The notes beneath the pieces are model-generated. The model ran no database searches, was not told where the DNA came from, and was given only the letters and a program-made list of their open reading frames with translations. Below are positions 1 to 13,826 of a DNA stretch of 64,000 nucleotides, piece after piece. Position 1 is the stretch's first letter. Every line of letters begins with the position of its first letter. The stretch is from Chiloscyllium plagiosum (Eukaryota): the NCBI RefSeq assembly GCF_004010195.1, contig NC_057718.1:78666935-78730934 (forward strand). The letters are read 5' to 3'. Both the position numbers and the translations under genes were made by a program.

Positions 1-399
1 AGGGGATGTCATAGAAACCAGTAAGGGTGTACTTAGTTTCTTGTATAAACTGCATACCTGCTGTTAAACTTTTCCTAACCAAACAGTGTGAATTTTATTC
101 TGTTTTTAACTAGACTAATAAAGCTGGTGGTTAGCTGATACAGTTTTGACTGTTATCCTCTTTGTGCCAACTCAATAACTGTTGTGGTAACCAGACAACA
201 ACTGTATCTGAGCAGTTGAAACTAGGTGACTTTGCTATTGAAGTCTTGGCTCTTTTATGTTGTCCTGTACAATTTTAACCACTTGCTCGATTTTTCAAAA
301 TCTTTGAGAATGGAAGGGTTAGTATTGCTCATGACTTTTTCCATCACGATGGTTCCACTTTACGAACATTACATTGCATCTAAAGCACAGAAACAGACT

Positions 400-1370
400 G
401 TTTGACCTTACTGTTCTGTACAAGAGTTTATGCTCCAAGCCAGCCTTTTTCAACTCTCTTCCATCTAACCATAGTAATATATCCTTCTCTTCTTTTGTTC
501 CTTATTTTATCTAGCTTCATCTTAAACATGTCAACACTATTCGCTTCAAGCACTCCTTGTGGTTGTGTATTGGTGCCATTGTTAAAGTAGAGATATTCGC
601 TCCTGAATTCCTATTAGTTATTACTAGATGTTATATGACCCCTTGCTCTGGTGCACAACACAAACAGAAGCATTTTGCCTATATATCTCCCTGTCAATTA
701 TTTTTAACGAAACTTAAAGATGTCTACAGTGTCATCCCTCTTAAGTAAAGCATGATAGCTTATCTATCTTTTCCTGAGACATATGACCTCTTATTTCTGG
801 TATCATTCTTTGAATTTTGATTGCACCTTCTCTAGTGCTTTCATATTGTTTATTATATGGTGACCAGGACTGTCTCAGTATTTCAAGTGTAGCCTAAACA
901 AGACTCTACAAGTTCAGTATTCTTCTCTGCTTTTCAATTCTGTCCACCTAGAACTGAACACTAGCACTTGGTTTTCCTTTTTTTCCTGGCATGCATCACT
1001 ACTTTATTGATGTGAGTATTTGTACACTTGGCTAACATTGGCGCTGTACTCTCATTTAGGCTTCTGCTTTTCAAACACATGGCTTCTTTCTTGTCCCTCG
1101 CATAACCCAACATGCTCTGCTTACTATTTTGCAATTAATTTGATAATTATTTGCCTTTTCTGGATGTTTGAATGCCTTCATGGTATTTATTTTATTGCTC
1201 CTTTGTATTAACCAAACAATTTGTTGCCACCTAAAAATTTACAGTTTGTACTGACTTCCAATTCCATGTTCATTACATAACTAATGAATAATAGTAACTT
1301 CTGCACCGGTCTTTGTGGAATACCACTATACTTTCTCAATCTGAGTAGCTACTCTTAACTTTGTTTCCCA
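400..1370 (-). mobile_element. Old degenerate CR1-like LINE fragment (RT C-terminal region)
   Basis: Decayed similarity to the CR1 3' regions elsewhere in the window (e.g. ggtgaccaggactgtctcagtatttcaagtgtagcctaaac). Confidence 0.5.
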
Positions 1371-1851
1371 TTTTATAAGGGGAATGGGATTCCTTTCCAT
1401 GCACAACTCCTCCATGTATAGCTAAAGAGGAGAACGAGCTAGGTATTACGATAAATAGGAGAAGAAAGAAGAGGCATTAGAGAAAAAAGCTAGATAAAGA
1501 AAAAGAGAGGCAGAGTGCAAACCAAATTAAGAGAGAAAAATGAAGTGAACAATTGCTGAGAGTAGGACCATTGATATTTGGACCTACATAAACCTTTAGG
1601 ACAAGGAACCATTCAACAGAGTTAAGAGGTGCAAGAAGTTCATCGCAATTTTATTAAATCACCTTCATGTTCCACAGTTTTAGCATTCTATTCAATCCTT
1701 TCTCCCTCAAGTGTCAACATTACCAAATTAATGATCGAAGTTTAATATCAGAACCAAACTTCACAGACAAAATATATTTGTTTTTTACTCCAAATGGAAA
1801 TTAATTAAAGAACAATGAAAGAAAATACAGATAGTGAATTCTCTTACTTAC

Positions 1852-1972
1852 ATGCTTGGGCTGTATCCATGAAGATGAGGTGTTTGTAAATCCCAGCGCT
1901 GACATGTGGTACCATCCTCTGTTTGGGAAATTTTGCCACGATAATTCTCGCCACTGCAGAACATACACTCCT
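1852..1972 (-). CDS. plg: Plasminogen exon 6 (kringle 2, first half), 121 bp; gene continues beyond window start
   Basis: ttgattgcag|...|gtaagt. Encodes [40 protein letters not shown] versus human [40 protein letters not shown]; the extra early Cys pair is typical of kringle 2. Confidence 0.97.
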
Positions 1973-3592
1973 CTGCAATCAAAATTTCACATATCCCATG
2001 GCATTACTGTTATGCAACAAAAAAAGAGCAGAGTTGTGCGAAAACATCACAGAATAGAAAGAACGAATTATTTATTCAAATCTAGAGGTGTGCATTTACC
2101 CAGTGCCATTGATGGGAAAACAAGTCTCTCGATTTTAATTTGGGAGAGATCAGTCCAAAGCTTCACAGAGTAGGCTGGTTCTCACTGAACTAAGGGGAGC
2201 CCTTAAAGTTCTTGTAAAAACAAAAGAGAATTGGACAGTTCAACAATGTGAACAATGCCAATATCAATTAAATCATAGAGGGTATATTTCTCAATTCAAT
2301 TTATCTGCTTGATACCAGAAATATTAGTAACACAATCTGCTAATATCAGTTTGAATATTTGAATTAACCCAGTGTCCATAGCTAGTTTGCAGAAGAGAAT
2401 TCCAGATTTTCACTACTCTTATGTGTAACCTGAAATTATTCTGGAATGGCCAGCTTTAATTTTACGGTTATGTCTCTTGCTCTGTTTAACTACCCGAACT
2501 TTGAATGTAACCCGAACCAAGAGTTTGTGGTGATATTAAGATCAAATGCTGGAACTATGCATATGGATATAATGAAGTTTGTTATCATGAACAAATAGAA
2601 GGAATAACAGTTTGCAATTGATATTTTTTTCAAGGAAATAATGTGCATTTAAAAATCTCAGTTTTGACTTGCTGGTGGAAAGGGCTGTTGAGAAATGGCA
2701 CTCACATTCTGGTTTAAAATGCAAGCTTTGTTGCTGAAATTACTCTTTAAAATAATAAGCAGGGTCATATTTATTTGAAGAGTTCTGCAATCCATCACAC
2801 ACACCTAGATCATAAATACACCTCTCAATGCTGACAACCCGATGAAAAATGGAGTCAGGTTAATTCCCTGTCAGTAGATAGGGATTAACACAGAGCCATA
2901 GGCCTGAACAGTTGGTGGAACCTGATATCAGGATTCCTGCCTCTAGTCCTGTCATATAGAAGTGTTATAGCCCCAGGATAAATATTGTAGCAGTGACTCT
3001 GCACACACCGATCCTGCTCTCACCTAGTGCTTTGCAGAAATAAATATTTTAGAATGCCAATGTTTCCATGGAATCTGGCCTGTTATGAGAGGAGACAAGG
3101 CTCATAGCATCTCAGTATATAGAGAAAGCTAGTCTGAAGTCAGAAATATTTTGATAGGTAAATTCAAAACTTGTTGGCAATTTCATATGTCGTTATGTAA
3201 TTCTATATGTTAGCGAAAAAATCTTTTAATACAGGGATGAATGATAGGGCTTTGATTTGAAAATGATCTTGAAGTGGAATGAGGTGAAGAAACATTTCTT
3301 CACTTTGGGAAAGTTGTGACTCTCAGTTGTTCAGTCTTTTCAAAATTGAAATTGTTGTACTGGTGTGCTGGCTCATTATTATATAAATTGCAACACATGA
3401 TGAAATTTGCTGCCATTGTCATCTTTAAATGTAGGAAGTACAGGGCCTGCATGATCTGGTGTAGTAGGAGAGGAACCATTTTCCAGTCAACTAGAAGAGT
3501 CTTTGTGCTTATCAAATTGGAGTTTATTTGATGTTAGCAACTAGTTATAGCGATGAAGTTATTACGGAGACTTTGTGGGGGATAAGAAATTT

Positions 3593-3914
3593 GTTTTTAT
3601 TATTCATTCATGGGATGAGGGTGTTGCTAGCTCAGCTAACAATTATTGCCCACCTCAGAAGGCAATTAAGAGTCAACCACATTGCTGTGGGTCTTGAATC
3701 ACATGTAATCCAAACTGTGTCAGAAGAGCAGCATCCTTCCATAAAAGGCATTAGTGACACTTTCCTGACAATCACCAAAAGTTTCACAGGCTCATAATTC
3801 TAGATTTTCATTGAATTCTACCATCTGTCATGGCAGGATTGAAACCCAGGTCTCCAGAATATTACCTGGATCCCTGCACTAACCGTCTAGCAATAATACC
3901 ACTAGGGCATTGCC
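3593..3914 (-). mobile_element. SacSINE1/DeuSINE-like tRNA-derived SINE
   Basis: Minus strand has a tRNA-like head (tagtggtattattgctagac...gggtttcaatcc), a central acccacagcaatgtggttgactcttaattgcc block and a tgaatgaataataaaaa tail; homologous to 46670-47343. Confidence 0.72.
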
Positions 3915-5804
3915 TTCTTGCACCTTATCACACACCTTTTCAATTGTTCTACCCACAAGTCCACATGACTCATCATAGTGCATTGTGCTTATGGCACTCC
4001 TCAGTATTAGCTCTTTTGGATCTATATATATTTCCCCCAGTTATTTTTCATCTGTATTAAGATTATACATTTGCATATATAATTACATTAACCACTAGCT
4101 CATTTCTTCTGATGACTGACTTCATAAACTGAAGCAATCTGGAGGTTTTATTCTGCTCTAAGATGCTGTCATAAAACTTGGAAGACTGCCTTTGATTCCC
4201 TGCTTGCTAATCTGAAGACTGCAGATCCTATGAACTGGAGGACATGTAACCTTTTAGACTTCCTTCATGTATCTGCTCTGCTGAAACAGACAATTTTCTG
4301 CAAAATCTGTGCAGCATTGATCATTGGTCATCTCTTCTCAGTGATGGCTTTCATGGAGTCTGCAGATTTTCATTCCCAATAGATTTGTGCTGAAGTACGT
4401 GAACCTTTTATTTCAACATGTTGTCTGGTTTGGACCCACAACTATTGTGTTGTTGGTGAAACCAGCATGTTCACTTCTTCACTTATACTATTTGATTATT
4501 GCACCCAGTTTAGCATAATCTCTGTCACAGTTGTTGAGGATTGCCCTTGGGAAGATAAATCAATATTCATGCTTGAATTTGATTCAGCCTAGTCATCTCA
4601 GTTTCTCGTTAACAGATCTGAATCTGTCAAAACTACTTGTTCACAAAGTTGTGTTGGACTCCCCATTTAATCAATTATAGCTTTGTAAATTTGTTCAAGT
4701 GGGGCATAGTGTTCATTGACTATCTCATGGTTTTCTCCTTACAAACTTTGTTGTCTCTTGCAATCTGAGTGTTCCTCAGTGTTGATAGCTGTGGAAAACA
4801 TTTGTGCCAAATTAGTATAGATGCAGGTTACCAAATTATTGGCAGATCAAAACAGTTTTCTTCTTCCAGTTTAACTAATCTCAATGGATTCTGATTTATT
4901 TTGTTTGGATTCCATCATGCAATAATCCATACCATTGCTCATCATGTTGTTTACATTCTCTTTATTATCACTCACTAAAGTGTGGATTTGCTGCCTTCAT
5001 CTTGTTTAACGTGTAAGGGCTGCTTGGCCTAGTCTGGTAGGGGAAAATCATTTGGTCATCTAATGAGAAGAGGCTCTTAACTCAATCAAAATGTAGCTTA
5101 TTGCATTATAGCAACTATATACAAGATATATTAATATAATAGTCTTTGTATGAATGCCTGTGACGAAAACACATGATGGGCTTAGACTTTTGAGATTTTA
5201 TGTTGTTCTCCCACCAAGCCCTGATGATATAATCATAGTGATTGGGGCTTAAGGCACTCCTCAACATTAACCCTTTCAGGTCCTTAAACCCTTATACAAA
5301 CAAAGGAACCCTTCTATCAGGTGTTCTTTGACCATTTTTGTTTTAACTGAGCATGATGGTTGGTTATTCCTTTACTGACTGTTCCTTAACTTATAGTTTA
5401 ATTCTTTCCCCCATTTGACAAAGATTGAGTCGAAGACATTCAAGCTAGAGAATTCGTGATTGTGAGGTATGTTTAGGTTTTGCACTTGTTGTCATCCTGT
5501 TTCTTGGAAAGATGCTTGTGGCATGTCTCTGATCATGAATATTATGGCTTCTAAACAATTGTTTGCATTGTTTTCATCTGTAGATTGTATTTTTAACCAT
5601 GGTTCATTATCTAATAATGTAGTGACACTTGCCCTGGTATCTATCCTGAACTCTTTGTCAACCTGGATTACTACTCCTTTTTTAAATTTCCAAAACCATT
5701 AAGGACTTTAAGCTTCACTCATGGGGCTGCTAATATCTGCTCACTTACCACTGAACATCAACTTTGGATCTCTCCCACAGACCATCACCTTATGAGGCAG
5801 GCTG

Positions 5805-6285
5805 TATCTGATTTGGAGTTACTAATTGTGGTGAGACCACAAATGGAATATTGTGAGCAATTTTGGTCCCCTTATTTAAGGAAAGATATCACTTCATTGG
5901 AGGTAATTTCGAGAAGATTCACAAGGATGATCCCTGGTGTGGAGGGTTTGTCTTATGTGCAAAGGCTAAACTGGTTGGGACTCCACTATTGGAGTTTAGA
6001 GGAATGAGAGGTGATCTCACTGAGATATACAGATTCTCAAGGAACTTGACAGGGTAAATGCAGAAATGATGTTTCCCCTCATGGGAGTGTCTAGGACCAA
6101 AGGACATAGTCTCAGAACAAAAGGTGCCAAATTAATACAGAAATGTGGAGGAATTTCTTCTTTCAGAGGGTTGTGAGTCTTTGGAACTCCTTGCCACAGA
6201 GATCTGTGGGGGCAGAGTCCTTGTATATACATAGGGCTGAGATAGACAGATTCATGATTAGTAGGGGGACAAAAATCACCCTGTA
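5805..6285 (+). mobile_element. CR1 LINE fragment (ORF2 C-terminus)
   Basis: Translates to VRPQMEYCEQFWSPYLRKDI...RGDLTEIYR, CR1 ORF2 C-terminal motifs, with frameshifts. Confidence 0.85.
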
Positions 6286-6879
6286 AGTAGGGGAGCTGCT
6301 GCTCTGAGCACAGGTTGTTTTGTTCTTGTGTTTGCTGCCGATTCACTAGTGAGCGGAAAAGATGGGAAGGAAATGGTGTTGATTGAATGAGCAATGAACA
6401 GTTAGTTAAGTAAGTGCTGGCATTGAAGTAGTTGCTGGGGAAGACTTTTGCCAGTGCCACAAGGTAGACCCTGGGAAGGAACTGTCTTTTAACACTAGTT
6501 GGTCAGAGTGGGTTGATAGGATTTATTTGCCAGGTCTGGAAGTTCTGTTTACTATGGGATGGGGGAGGTGTCTGGGATCAATGGAACTGGGAAAGGGTGG
6601 ATGCAAAGCAAAGAGAACAGTTTTAAATCTAGTTACAAGTGGAAGTAGCAAAGTTAACTGGGAGCTAGAAAAATTGGAAATCTCCAAAGTACTTAATTTG
6701 TTGTAAATTAATGAAGAACCTCTAGCTTAAAACTAAGTAAGTACAAGAGTTGAATGGAGAAAAACGTAGTAGATGCTATTACTGAACCCTGTGTAAACTG
6801 CTAAGTTTAAATCAGAGATTGAAATTTGAGATGCTGTAAGAAGAATAGATGCTGCCTAGTTAAAGTGTTCCAACTTTGT

Positions 6880-7775
6880 GCATCTGTGTGGAACGATACT
6901 TACTATGACTTCGCCAGTCAATGGAAGCATGTTTATGGGGTGTGGGCTGTTTCTGTCCTGGAAGCAAGTAGAGGCAGGCAATAAGGGAGATGAAAATGGA
7001 AATACAGCTGTAATTTTGGTAAAGGTGAGGCAAAGTTCTCGGTGAGTGAGTGGGCAGCGCAGAAGGCATATAGGTTTAGTGATGTCAGATGTCGAGGATA
7101 GATGATAGTGAGTGAGGAAAGATGTTACTGTCAATAGTGAGAGTGGTGGAACATGGGCCTTGGTAGGAGATGGGTTCAGCAGCAAATATAAAGTGAGGAT
7201 GAGGTATTGGAGAGAAGATGGCAGCATTTGTGCTGGCAGCATAGAGACAGTCATTGACCTTATTCTTAGATTGCTCTGTGTTCCTCCAGCCAGCTGTGGC
7301 CGCACTGACCTAAAAGGCAATCTGGATCGGGCTGGCTTGGTCTGGTGCTACGGCATTTTCTGCAGGTCCAGGGGATGAGGATGTCCCCGGTCTGCAGCAC
7401 TGTGTGTGTCAAGGTTGACAGATGTCTGCCCACAAAGTGAAGTACGAACTTTCCCTTGCCTTCCATGCTCAGGGAAAATATCAGGTACCATAGAGGGCAG
7501 CTCCAGACTGACCATGCTTGTCAGGGTGCACAACAGCCTTTTAAATATGGTGTTGGTGCCGGGGATTCTGGTCCATTTTGTGTTATTCCAGCAATGGCGA
7601 GTTGTTCTGGGATAATGAGTGGTAGAATGGAACTACAATTTAGGATGGGTTTGTAGTAAATTAAATAAATCTGGTAAGATATGGTGAGAGATCTTATTAA
7701 GCCTTTCAATGAGAAACATTCCACGAAACTTGATGAAACTGACACTAAAGTTAAAAAAAACGTAAAATTCAGTCC
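6880..7775 (-). mobile_element. PIF/Harbinger remnant: Myb/SANT-like gene fragment and possible TIR
   Basis: MEGKGKFVLHFVGRHLSTL...WRNTEQSKNKVND resembles the Myb/SANT copies at 45.1 and 50.1 kb. Shares upstream gtcagtctggagctgcc with 50022. gtaaaattcagtcc at ~7762-7775 is TIR-like. Confidence 0.5.
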
Positions 7776-7914
7776 ATAAAATCTGCATGGTAACATTATC
7801 ACCTTCTCCACATTTCCACTGAATCATGCACTATACTAAATTGGAAATATATTGATGATCCTGCATCATGGCTGGTTCAAAATCCTGGAACTCCCTACCT
7901 GGTATACTGAAAGT

Positions 7915-8944
7915 TGTATCATTTATATGCATTAATACTATTTTTGGAATCTTGTTTTCAAAATAGCAGCAGTTGGTTACTTTTGTGAAGGTTTTTGTTA
8001 AAAAATATTTATGAAGTCCCTCCAGAACAGTAACTACAAATCCTTGTGGTATTACTGCAAAGATGCTTACACTGTTGGGTTTATAACAGGTAAAGAAAAT
8101 GTGTACATGTTATCCTGGTTTTCAGTTGAAAAGAATCTTGGATGTGCAGTTTTTAAAAAGAACATACCGTTCAGAGGCAAAATTTCCAGTTCAGTTGAAA
8201 TATGTTGATTTTGTCAGAATAGTTTCCCTCCTTCGAAGAAGGATTTGTGATTTCTTCAGGGAATGATTTCCTCAGCAGAAGGATATGTCATGAAGCTCCC
8301 AAACCAGTAGAGTTTGGTCAGAAATCTTCAGGTTAGTAGAACTCGGAAAGTTTAGGTTCTCAAGTTTGTGAAAAGTCTGCAGATTTGGAGAAGACTCATC
8401 CAACTGTCTCCATGACCCAAGCAAAAAAACCCGGAATGAGTCAGTTAAGCAGAACTCCAAAGAGTATAACTTCTCTGGGCTGACATCTATGTACTGAATT
8501 ATATCTGGAACCAGGCTGAAACTTAATTTTAAAATGGTATAAATCAGAAACAAAAACAGACATTTGCTGTAAAAGCTTAGCAGGTCTGGCAGCATCTGTG
8601 GAGAGAAATCAGGGTTAATGTTTCGGGTCGAGAGACCCTTCCTCAGACCCCCGTTCTGACCCGAAACATTAACTCTGACTTCTCTCCACAGAGGCTGCCA
8701 GACTTGCTGAGTTTTTCCAACAATTTCTGTTTTTGAAACTTAATTTTGCTGTATGTTTTGTAATTTTTAAAATTTGTTCTGTGTAATAAACTTCTGTTAA
8801 AGAAAAATCTGCAGTCTCGTATATGTATGTTTCAATGACTAATTACCACATTAATGAATTATACGAAACAAAAATAAATGTATGCAAACTAGGTTTAAGC
8901 TTTGGCATCTTATGTATCCTGTAGTTTCAGCCTAGATCATAATA
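7915..8944 (+). mobile_element. Possible solo LTR splitting an old LINE 3' end
   Basis: Starts TGTATC, has aataaa near 8785, ends gatcataata. Flanks (7860-7910, 8960-9070) look like two halves of the LINE tail seen at 17.5 kb. No clear TSD. Confidence 0.33.
8531..8733. mobile_element. Penelope-like palindromic insertion, family C, in plg intron 5
   Basis: Inverted arms (gcaggtctggcagcatctgtggagaga / tctctccacagaggctgccagacttgc); 14 bp TSD TGAAACTTAATTTT at 8517-8530 and 8734-8747; hammerhead-like core on minus at 8614-8648. Confidence 0.8.
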
Positions 8945-9584
8945 TCAAAGCTATCATTTGGGAACATCTTCACAACACAGTGTGCACCAGATGATGAAGG
9001 CAGTTTACCAATACCTCAAAAGGCAATTAAGAAAGTTCAATAAATGTTGGTCTTACCAGAAATGGAAACATTTCCAAGAACGTATACAGGACATTCAGAC
9101 CAACTAATCTAATCCAGTGGTTATACTCTACACTAACCTCTTCCTCCAGCCTTCATTCGTCTAATTATTTCAATGTATTCTTCAATTCCTTTCATTGCAA
9201 TATGCTTGGCTGGCCTCCTCTTAAATCATCTATGCTTGGGTAAAGAGGTTTTCCTGAAATTACTGAACATATTGAAATTAACCTGCTAACTGTATGAATG
9301 TTTGCAAGTTTAATAATTTCTCCCTGTAACTTTTCAGCATTTGCCATTTACAATTTGATGCCAGCTGCAAGTTTAGAAATTGTACTCCTGATTTCAAAGT
9401 TCACATTGTCAATGGAAGGGTAAGCAACTAGTGCAATGTCACATTGTTTCTAGCCTTTCAACAGTCTGAGTAGCTTTAATCCTGGGCTGTGTGTATTCTG
9501 TAGGCCAGCCAGTTCGCTATTTTTCTTTTGTCATGGCTGAACTTTCAGACATTCTTTCAAAGGTCAAACTCCACATGACAATAC

Positions 9585-9724
9585 CTTCACAGTTTGATAT
9601 CAGACAGTATTCCCAGCGTTTATTCACATCTTGAGTGTAGCACCAGGGCCCTGTGGAATCATTGTCAGGATTTCTGCAATAGTTTTCTTCCAGGTCAGCA
9701 TGTGGGCTATTCTCTGGGGTGTAA
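9585..9724 (-). CDS. plg: Plasminogen exon 5 (kringle 1, second half), 140 bp
   Basis: ttttcaattag|...|gtattg. Encodes [47 protein letters not shown], with the NYCRNPD and PWCY kringle signatures. Confidence 0.97.
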
Positions 9725-10609
9725 CTAATTGAAAAGAAACAGTGTCACTTTAAAAATGTGTTCATTTGAAGGCAATACATGTTTGGCAATAGACAAATGG
9801 AGTATTGAAAATTTAAACACAATGCAGTCAAGATTTTGTACATTTATATATTGTATTTCAAAACTCAGACACATCCTAAAGTGCTTCACAGCCTGCAAAG
9901 TACTTTCAAAGTGTAATCACAATTATAATGATCTATTTCAGTTCCTAATTCTTATGGTCTTGATGTGGCCAAAACAGTGAATGTTTTTAAGAAGTTACAT
10001 ATTGTCCTTCGGGCTAAGGAGTCAAAGGGTATGCTCAAAGAGAGAGCAGGAACAGGATACTGAACTCGATGATCAGCCATGAGCATTTTGAATGGTTGAG
10101 CAGGCTCAAAAGGCCAGGTGGCCACCTTCTGCTCCTACTCTCACAGTTTCTATAACAATTTGGTCCATTATACGAGTGTTGACGTTTTGAAAGAATTATG
10201 CAATTAGCCCCACTTTGGCTCCTTTTTCCATATCAAATGGAAACTTTAGCTTTGACGATGTATATCTAATTTGTTTTAGAAAATTAGTATTGAATATTTC
10301 CATCAACCTTTCATGTAGTGCTTCCCAGATTAAAGTAACGCACTAAATAAAACAAATTTCTTCTTATCTCCTCTCTGATTCTCTGGTTGTAAATTTTTGT
10401 CGTGTCTTTTCTGAACCCTCAGCCAATGAAATTGTTTTCTCTCTATTTATTGTATCAAGATCCTGTTTAATCTCTCCTTAATATTCTCTGAAGTGAGGAA
10501 CAATCCTAGCTTCTCCAGTTTCTCTACGCAACTGACATTCCACGCCCATAACCGTTCCAGTAAGTCTCCCCTTTACCCATTCCAAACATTGCTAACCTTT
10601 CTAAAACTC

Positions 10610-10831
10610 GATGCTGAGAATTGGATGTGAAAACGTTTATCATGAATCATGAACATTAGCAATGTCCCTTCAACTGATATTCTGTTTAGCTTAGAGAGTC
10701 ATAGAGCCATAGAGATGTACAGCAGATGCTGAGAATTGGATGTGAAAACGTTTATCATGAATCATGAACATTAGCAATGTCCCTTCAACTGATATTCTGT
10801 TCAGCTTAGAGAGTCATAGAGATGTACAGCA
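10610..10831. repeat. Tandem duplication, 115 bp + 107 bp units
   Basis: gatgctgagaattggatgtg...gatgtacagca occurs at 10610-10724 and again at 10725-10831. Confidence 0.95.
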
Positions 10832-11200
10832 TGGAAACAGACTCTTTGGTCCTACCAGATATCCCAACCCAATCTAGTTCCACCTGCCAGCACCTGGCCC
10901 ATATCCCTCCAAACCCTTCCTATTCATATACCCATCCAAATGCCTCTTAAAATGTTGCAATTGTACCAGCCTCCACCACTTCCTCTGGCAGCTCATTCCA
11001 TACACGTACCACCCTCTGCGTGAAAAAGATGCCGCTTAGGTCTCTTTTATATCTTTCCCCTCTCACCCTAAACCTATGCCCTCTAGTTCTGAACTCCCTG
11101 ACCCCAGGGAAAAAAACTTTGCCTATTTACCCTATCCATGCCCCTCATAATTTTGTAAACCTCTATAAGGTCACTCCTCAGCCTCCGATGCCCCAGGGAA
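10809..11200 (-). mobile_element. CR1 LINE 3' end (5'-truncated, young)
   Basis: agtcatagag microsatellite-like tail plus CR1 3' UTR and ORF2 end (accctctgcgtgaaaaag..., ctctataaggtcactcctcagcctcc). Confidence 0.9.
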
Positions 11201-12095
11201 ATTTCTCAGTAACATTTTCCATCTGTACTATATTAGGAAAGAATAATGCTTTTTCTAAGCATTTTTTAAAATGTAAAGTCAATCGTATGTAACAAAAATA
11301 TATTGCAGTTAAGATGGTTGTAGTTGTTTTATTTTGCCACTAAGGAGAGCCATTTTACTAAAAACTGTACTTGCCTTGCCAAACAAAATATGGAGTGATT
11401 ACTCCGAAAAGAGCACCCGTTCATGTGCAGAAACAGGTTGTGACGTGAGCTGTAACAGACTGCAGGAAATATCTGTACATGCCTCACTGACATCAACATC
11501 TGCATGGCACCTATTGTGGCTACAAGCCAAGGAAGAGCTGAGGAGGAGACTGGGAACATGCTGGCTGGGGAAGCTGGAAATGAGGGGTCTGGGGAGACAG
11601 TGAGGATGCAAAATATTCCCTCCCTGGCAAAATAATTATCTGCCACATTGCCACCCAGCTATCATCTACTGCAGCGGAGGGCAACACACAGATGCAGTAT
11701 CCAACAGTGCTTGGAGCATGTGCATAAAGTGTGCTGGTGATGGACAGTTCTTTGTTTGTCAGACTCACAAACAGTGAATTTTTGGCCAAGTGGAGGAAGC
11801 AACTGGACTGGGCATCTCTGGAAATATATTGTGTAGACCACAAATCCCAGAAAATAACTTCAAATAGGAAACACAGATAACTTTGCAGACAAATGCATCA
11901 CATTTTGTTTGTTACAGTGACAAGGCACCGCAAATGCATGTTCTTGTACATATGTGGGCTCTCCACCAGTGTTCACAATAAACACAGCCAACAAAGTAAG
12001 AGGAGCCTAACTAGATCCAATAATGGATTTTGCTCTTTAAAATAGTTTGTAATAAGGAAGCTAATTAAAATCATTATATTTGAAACAACATGAAC

Positions 12096-12192
12096 AGTTC
12101 TGAAGAAGGATCACTGGACCTGTAACATTAACTCTGGTTTCTCTGCACAGATGCTGCCAGACCTGCTGACTTTTTCCAGCAAATTCTGTTTG
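12096..12192 (+). mobile_element. Penelope-like family C single arm (decayed)
   Basis: gttctgaagaaggatcactggacc...gatgctgccagacctgctgactttttccagcaa, homologous to 8531-8733. Confidence 0.7.
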
Positions 12193-12667
12193 TAGGTTGT
12201 AAAGTTTGGTTACTAGGACCAGAGGATTTATACAATTGCGGCTTTAGGTACACAAATATAGTAATCTTGTCTGCAATGTTCTTGCATTATGTCTGAATAG
12301 CAATGGGCTAATTCAGTGTAGTGTTCTGGTGTCTTATTATTAATGCAATAATAACAATTGTTTGGCATGTCATTAGTACACTTTTAGCAAAAAGCAACAC
12401 ACACTTGAATGGAGGCGAGTTCTGAATTCTTCAAAGTCCTTTCGTTTGACCCTATTGAGCTCTTCTTTAAACATAATCTTGCCTGCTTTCAATACTTTTG
12501 TAATTGTTTACACATTGAGAGAAATTATGTTAAATACAACAAGAAGCCAATGAATTAAGTACACAATATGGTCCAAATATATTTATCAATTACTTGTAAT
12601 ATTATTTAGTGCGTTTTTAATCCTGAGTCAAGTTAAACATGTTAAATGAAGAAGATTAAAGACTGAC

Positions 12668-12782
12668 TTTGGATTGTGTGGTGTGTTGCTATCCCATCTT
12701 TGACAGGCTCTATTAGAAATGGTTTTTGTTGCTGTTCCTCTGTATGTTTCACCGTTGCCGAACTTGCACTCCAACAGAAAAG
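12668..12782 (-). CDS. plg: Plasminogen exon 4 (kringle 1, first half), 115 bp
   Basis: ttcttccttag|...|gtcagt. Encodes AFLLECKFGNGETYRGTATKTISNRACQRWDSNTPHNP, with the kringle motif C..GNG..YRG...T.....CQ.W....PH. Confidence 0.96.
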
Positions 12783-13494
12783 CTAAGGAAGAAGAAAAGA
12801 AAGGAATTGGTAAATTGTTAAATAATGTTAAGCTTTGGAAACATTTGAACCAATAGAGGCTGCAAGTTTGGCAAGATTTGGTAAATCAATGAGTGGAGAC
12901 AAGGGGAGAGAGAAGGGTATTCACCTGAGAAATGAGAAATAAACAATGTCAGGATGCGATAGACAGTACAAATTCAAAAGTGAATCAACAGGGATTATAG
13001 CATTTACTATAATAATAAAAGGAAAAAACATCTTGTATCTGAATTCACATAGCATTCAAAACAAAACAAATGAACTAGTAGTGCATATAGCATCAACGAC
13101 GTACAATCTGATAGCCACTCGTAAACGCATGGCTGCAGGATTACATAATATGGACCTAAATATGAAAGAATACGTGTCACTTCAGAAGGACAAGACGTTT
13201 GGAAAATTTGGAGTGGAAGTCCTGTTACCTAATCATGGGGTTAGCACAACTGATTGGGACGGCCTACGTTCTTGAAACCAGGATGTAGAAACAACTCATT
13301 GAGTCATAAAGTTTTACAGTATAGAAAGAGGCCATCAGCCTATTGTGTCCACTCTTGTCATCAAACATCCGTCTATCTTAATCACATTTTCCTGCATTAG
13401 TCCACATCCTTGTACGTTATGATGTTTCATCTAAATTGTTCTTAAATGTCATGAGGATTTCTGCCTCTATCATCCTTTAAGACAGTGAGTTCCA

Positions 13495-13826
13495 TAGAAC
13501 ATAGAAGAACATAGAAAAATACAGCGCAGTACAGGCCCTTTGGCCCTCAATGTTGTGTCGTTCCAAGCCCACCTAACCTACACTAGCCCACTATCCTCCA
13601 TATGCCTATCCAATGCCCATTTAAATGCCCATAAAGAGGGAGAGTCCACCACTGCTACTGGCAGGGCATTCCATGAACTCACGACTCGCTGAGTAAAGAA
13701 TCTACCCCTAACATCTATCCTATACCTACTACCCCTTAATTTAAAGCTATGCCCCCTCGTAATAGCTGACTCCATACGTGGAAAAAGATTCTCATGGTCA
13801 ACCCTATCTAAACCCCTAATCATCAT
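13495..13826 (-). mobile_element. CR1 LINE 3' end (tail end of chimeric insertion)
   Basis: ORF MIRGLDRVDHENLFPRMESAITRGHSFKLRG...FFTQRVVSSWNALP; tagaacatagaagaacatagaa tail; left TSD copy AGTGAGTTCCA at 13484-13494. Confidence 0.92.

Noticed and set aside
3300..3531. ORFs in plg intron 5 as additional kringle exons
   Set aside because: No kringle motif; exons 5 and 6 already join in frame.
4100..5030. Possible decayed retroelement internal region
   Set aside because: Too degenerate to support any domain call.
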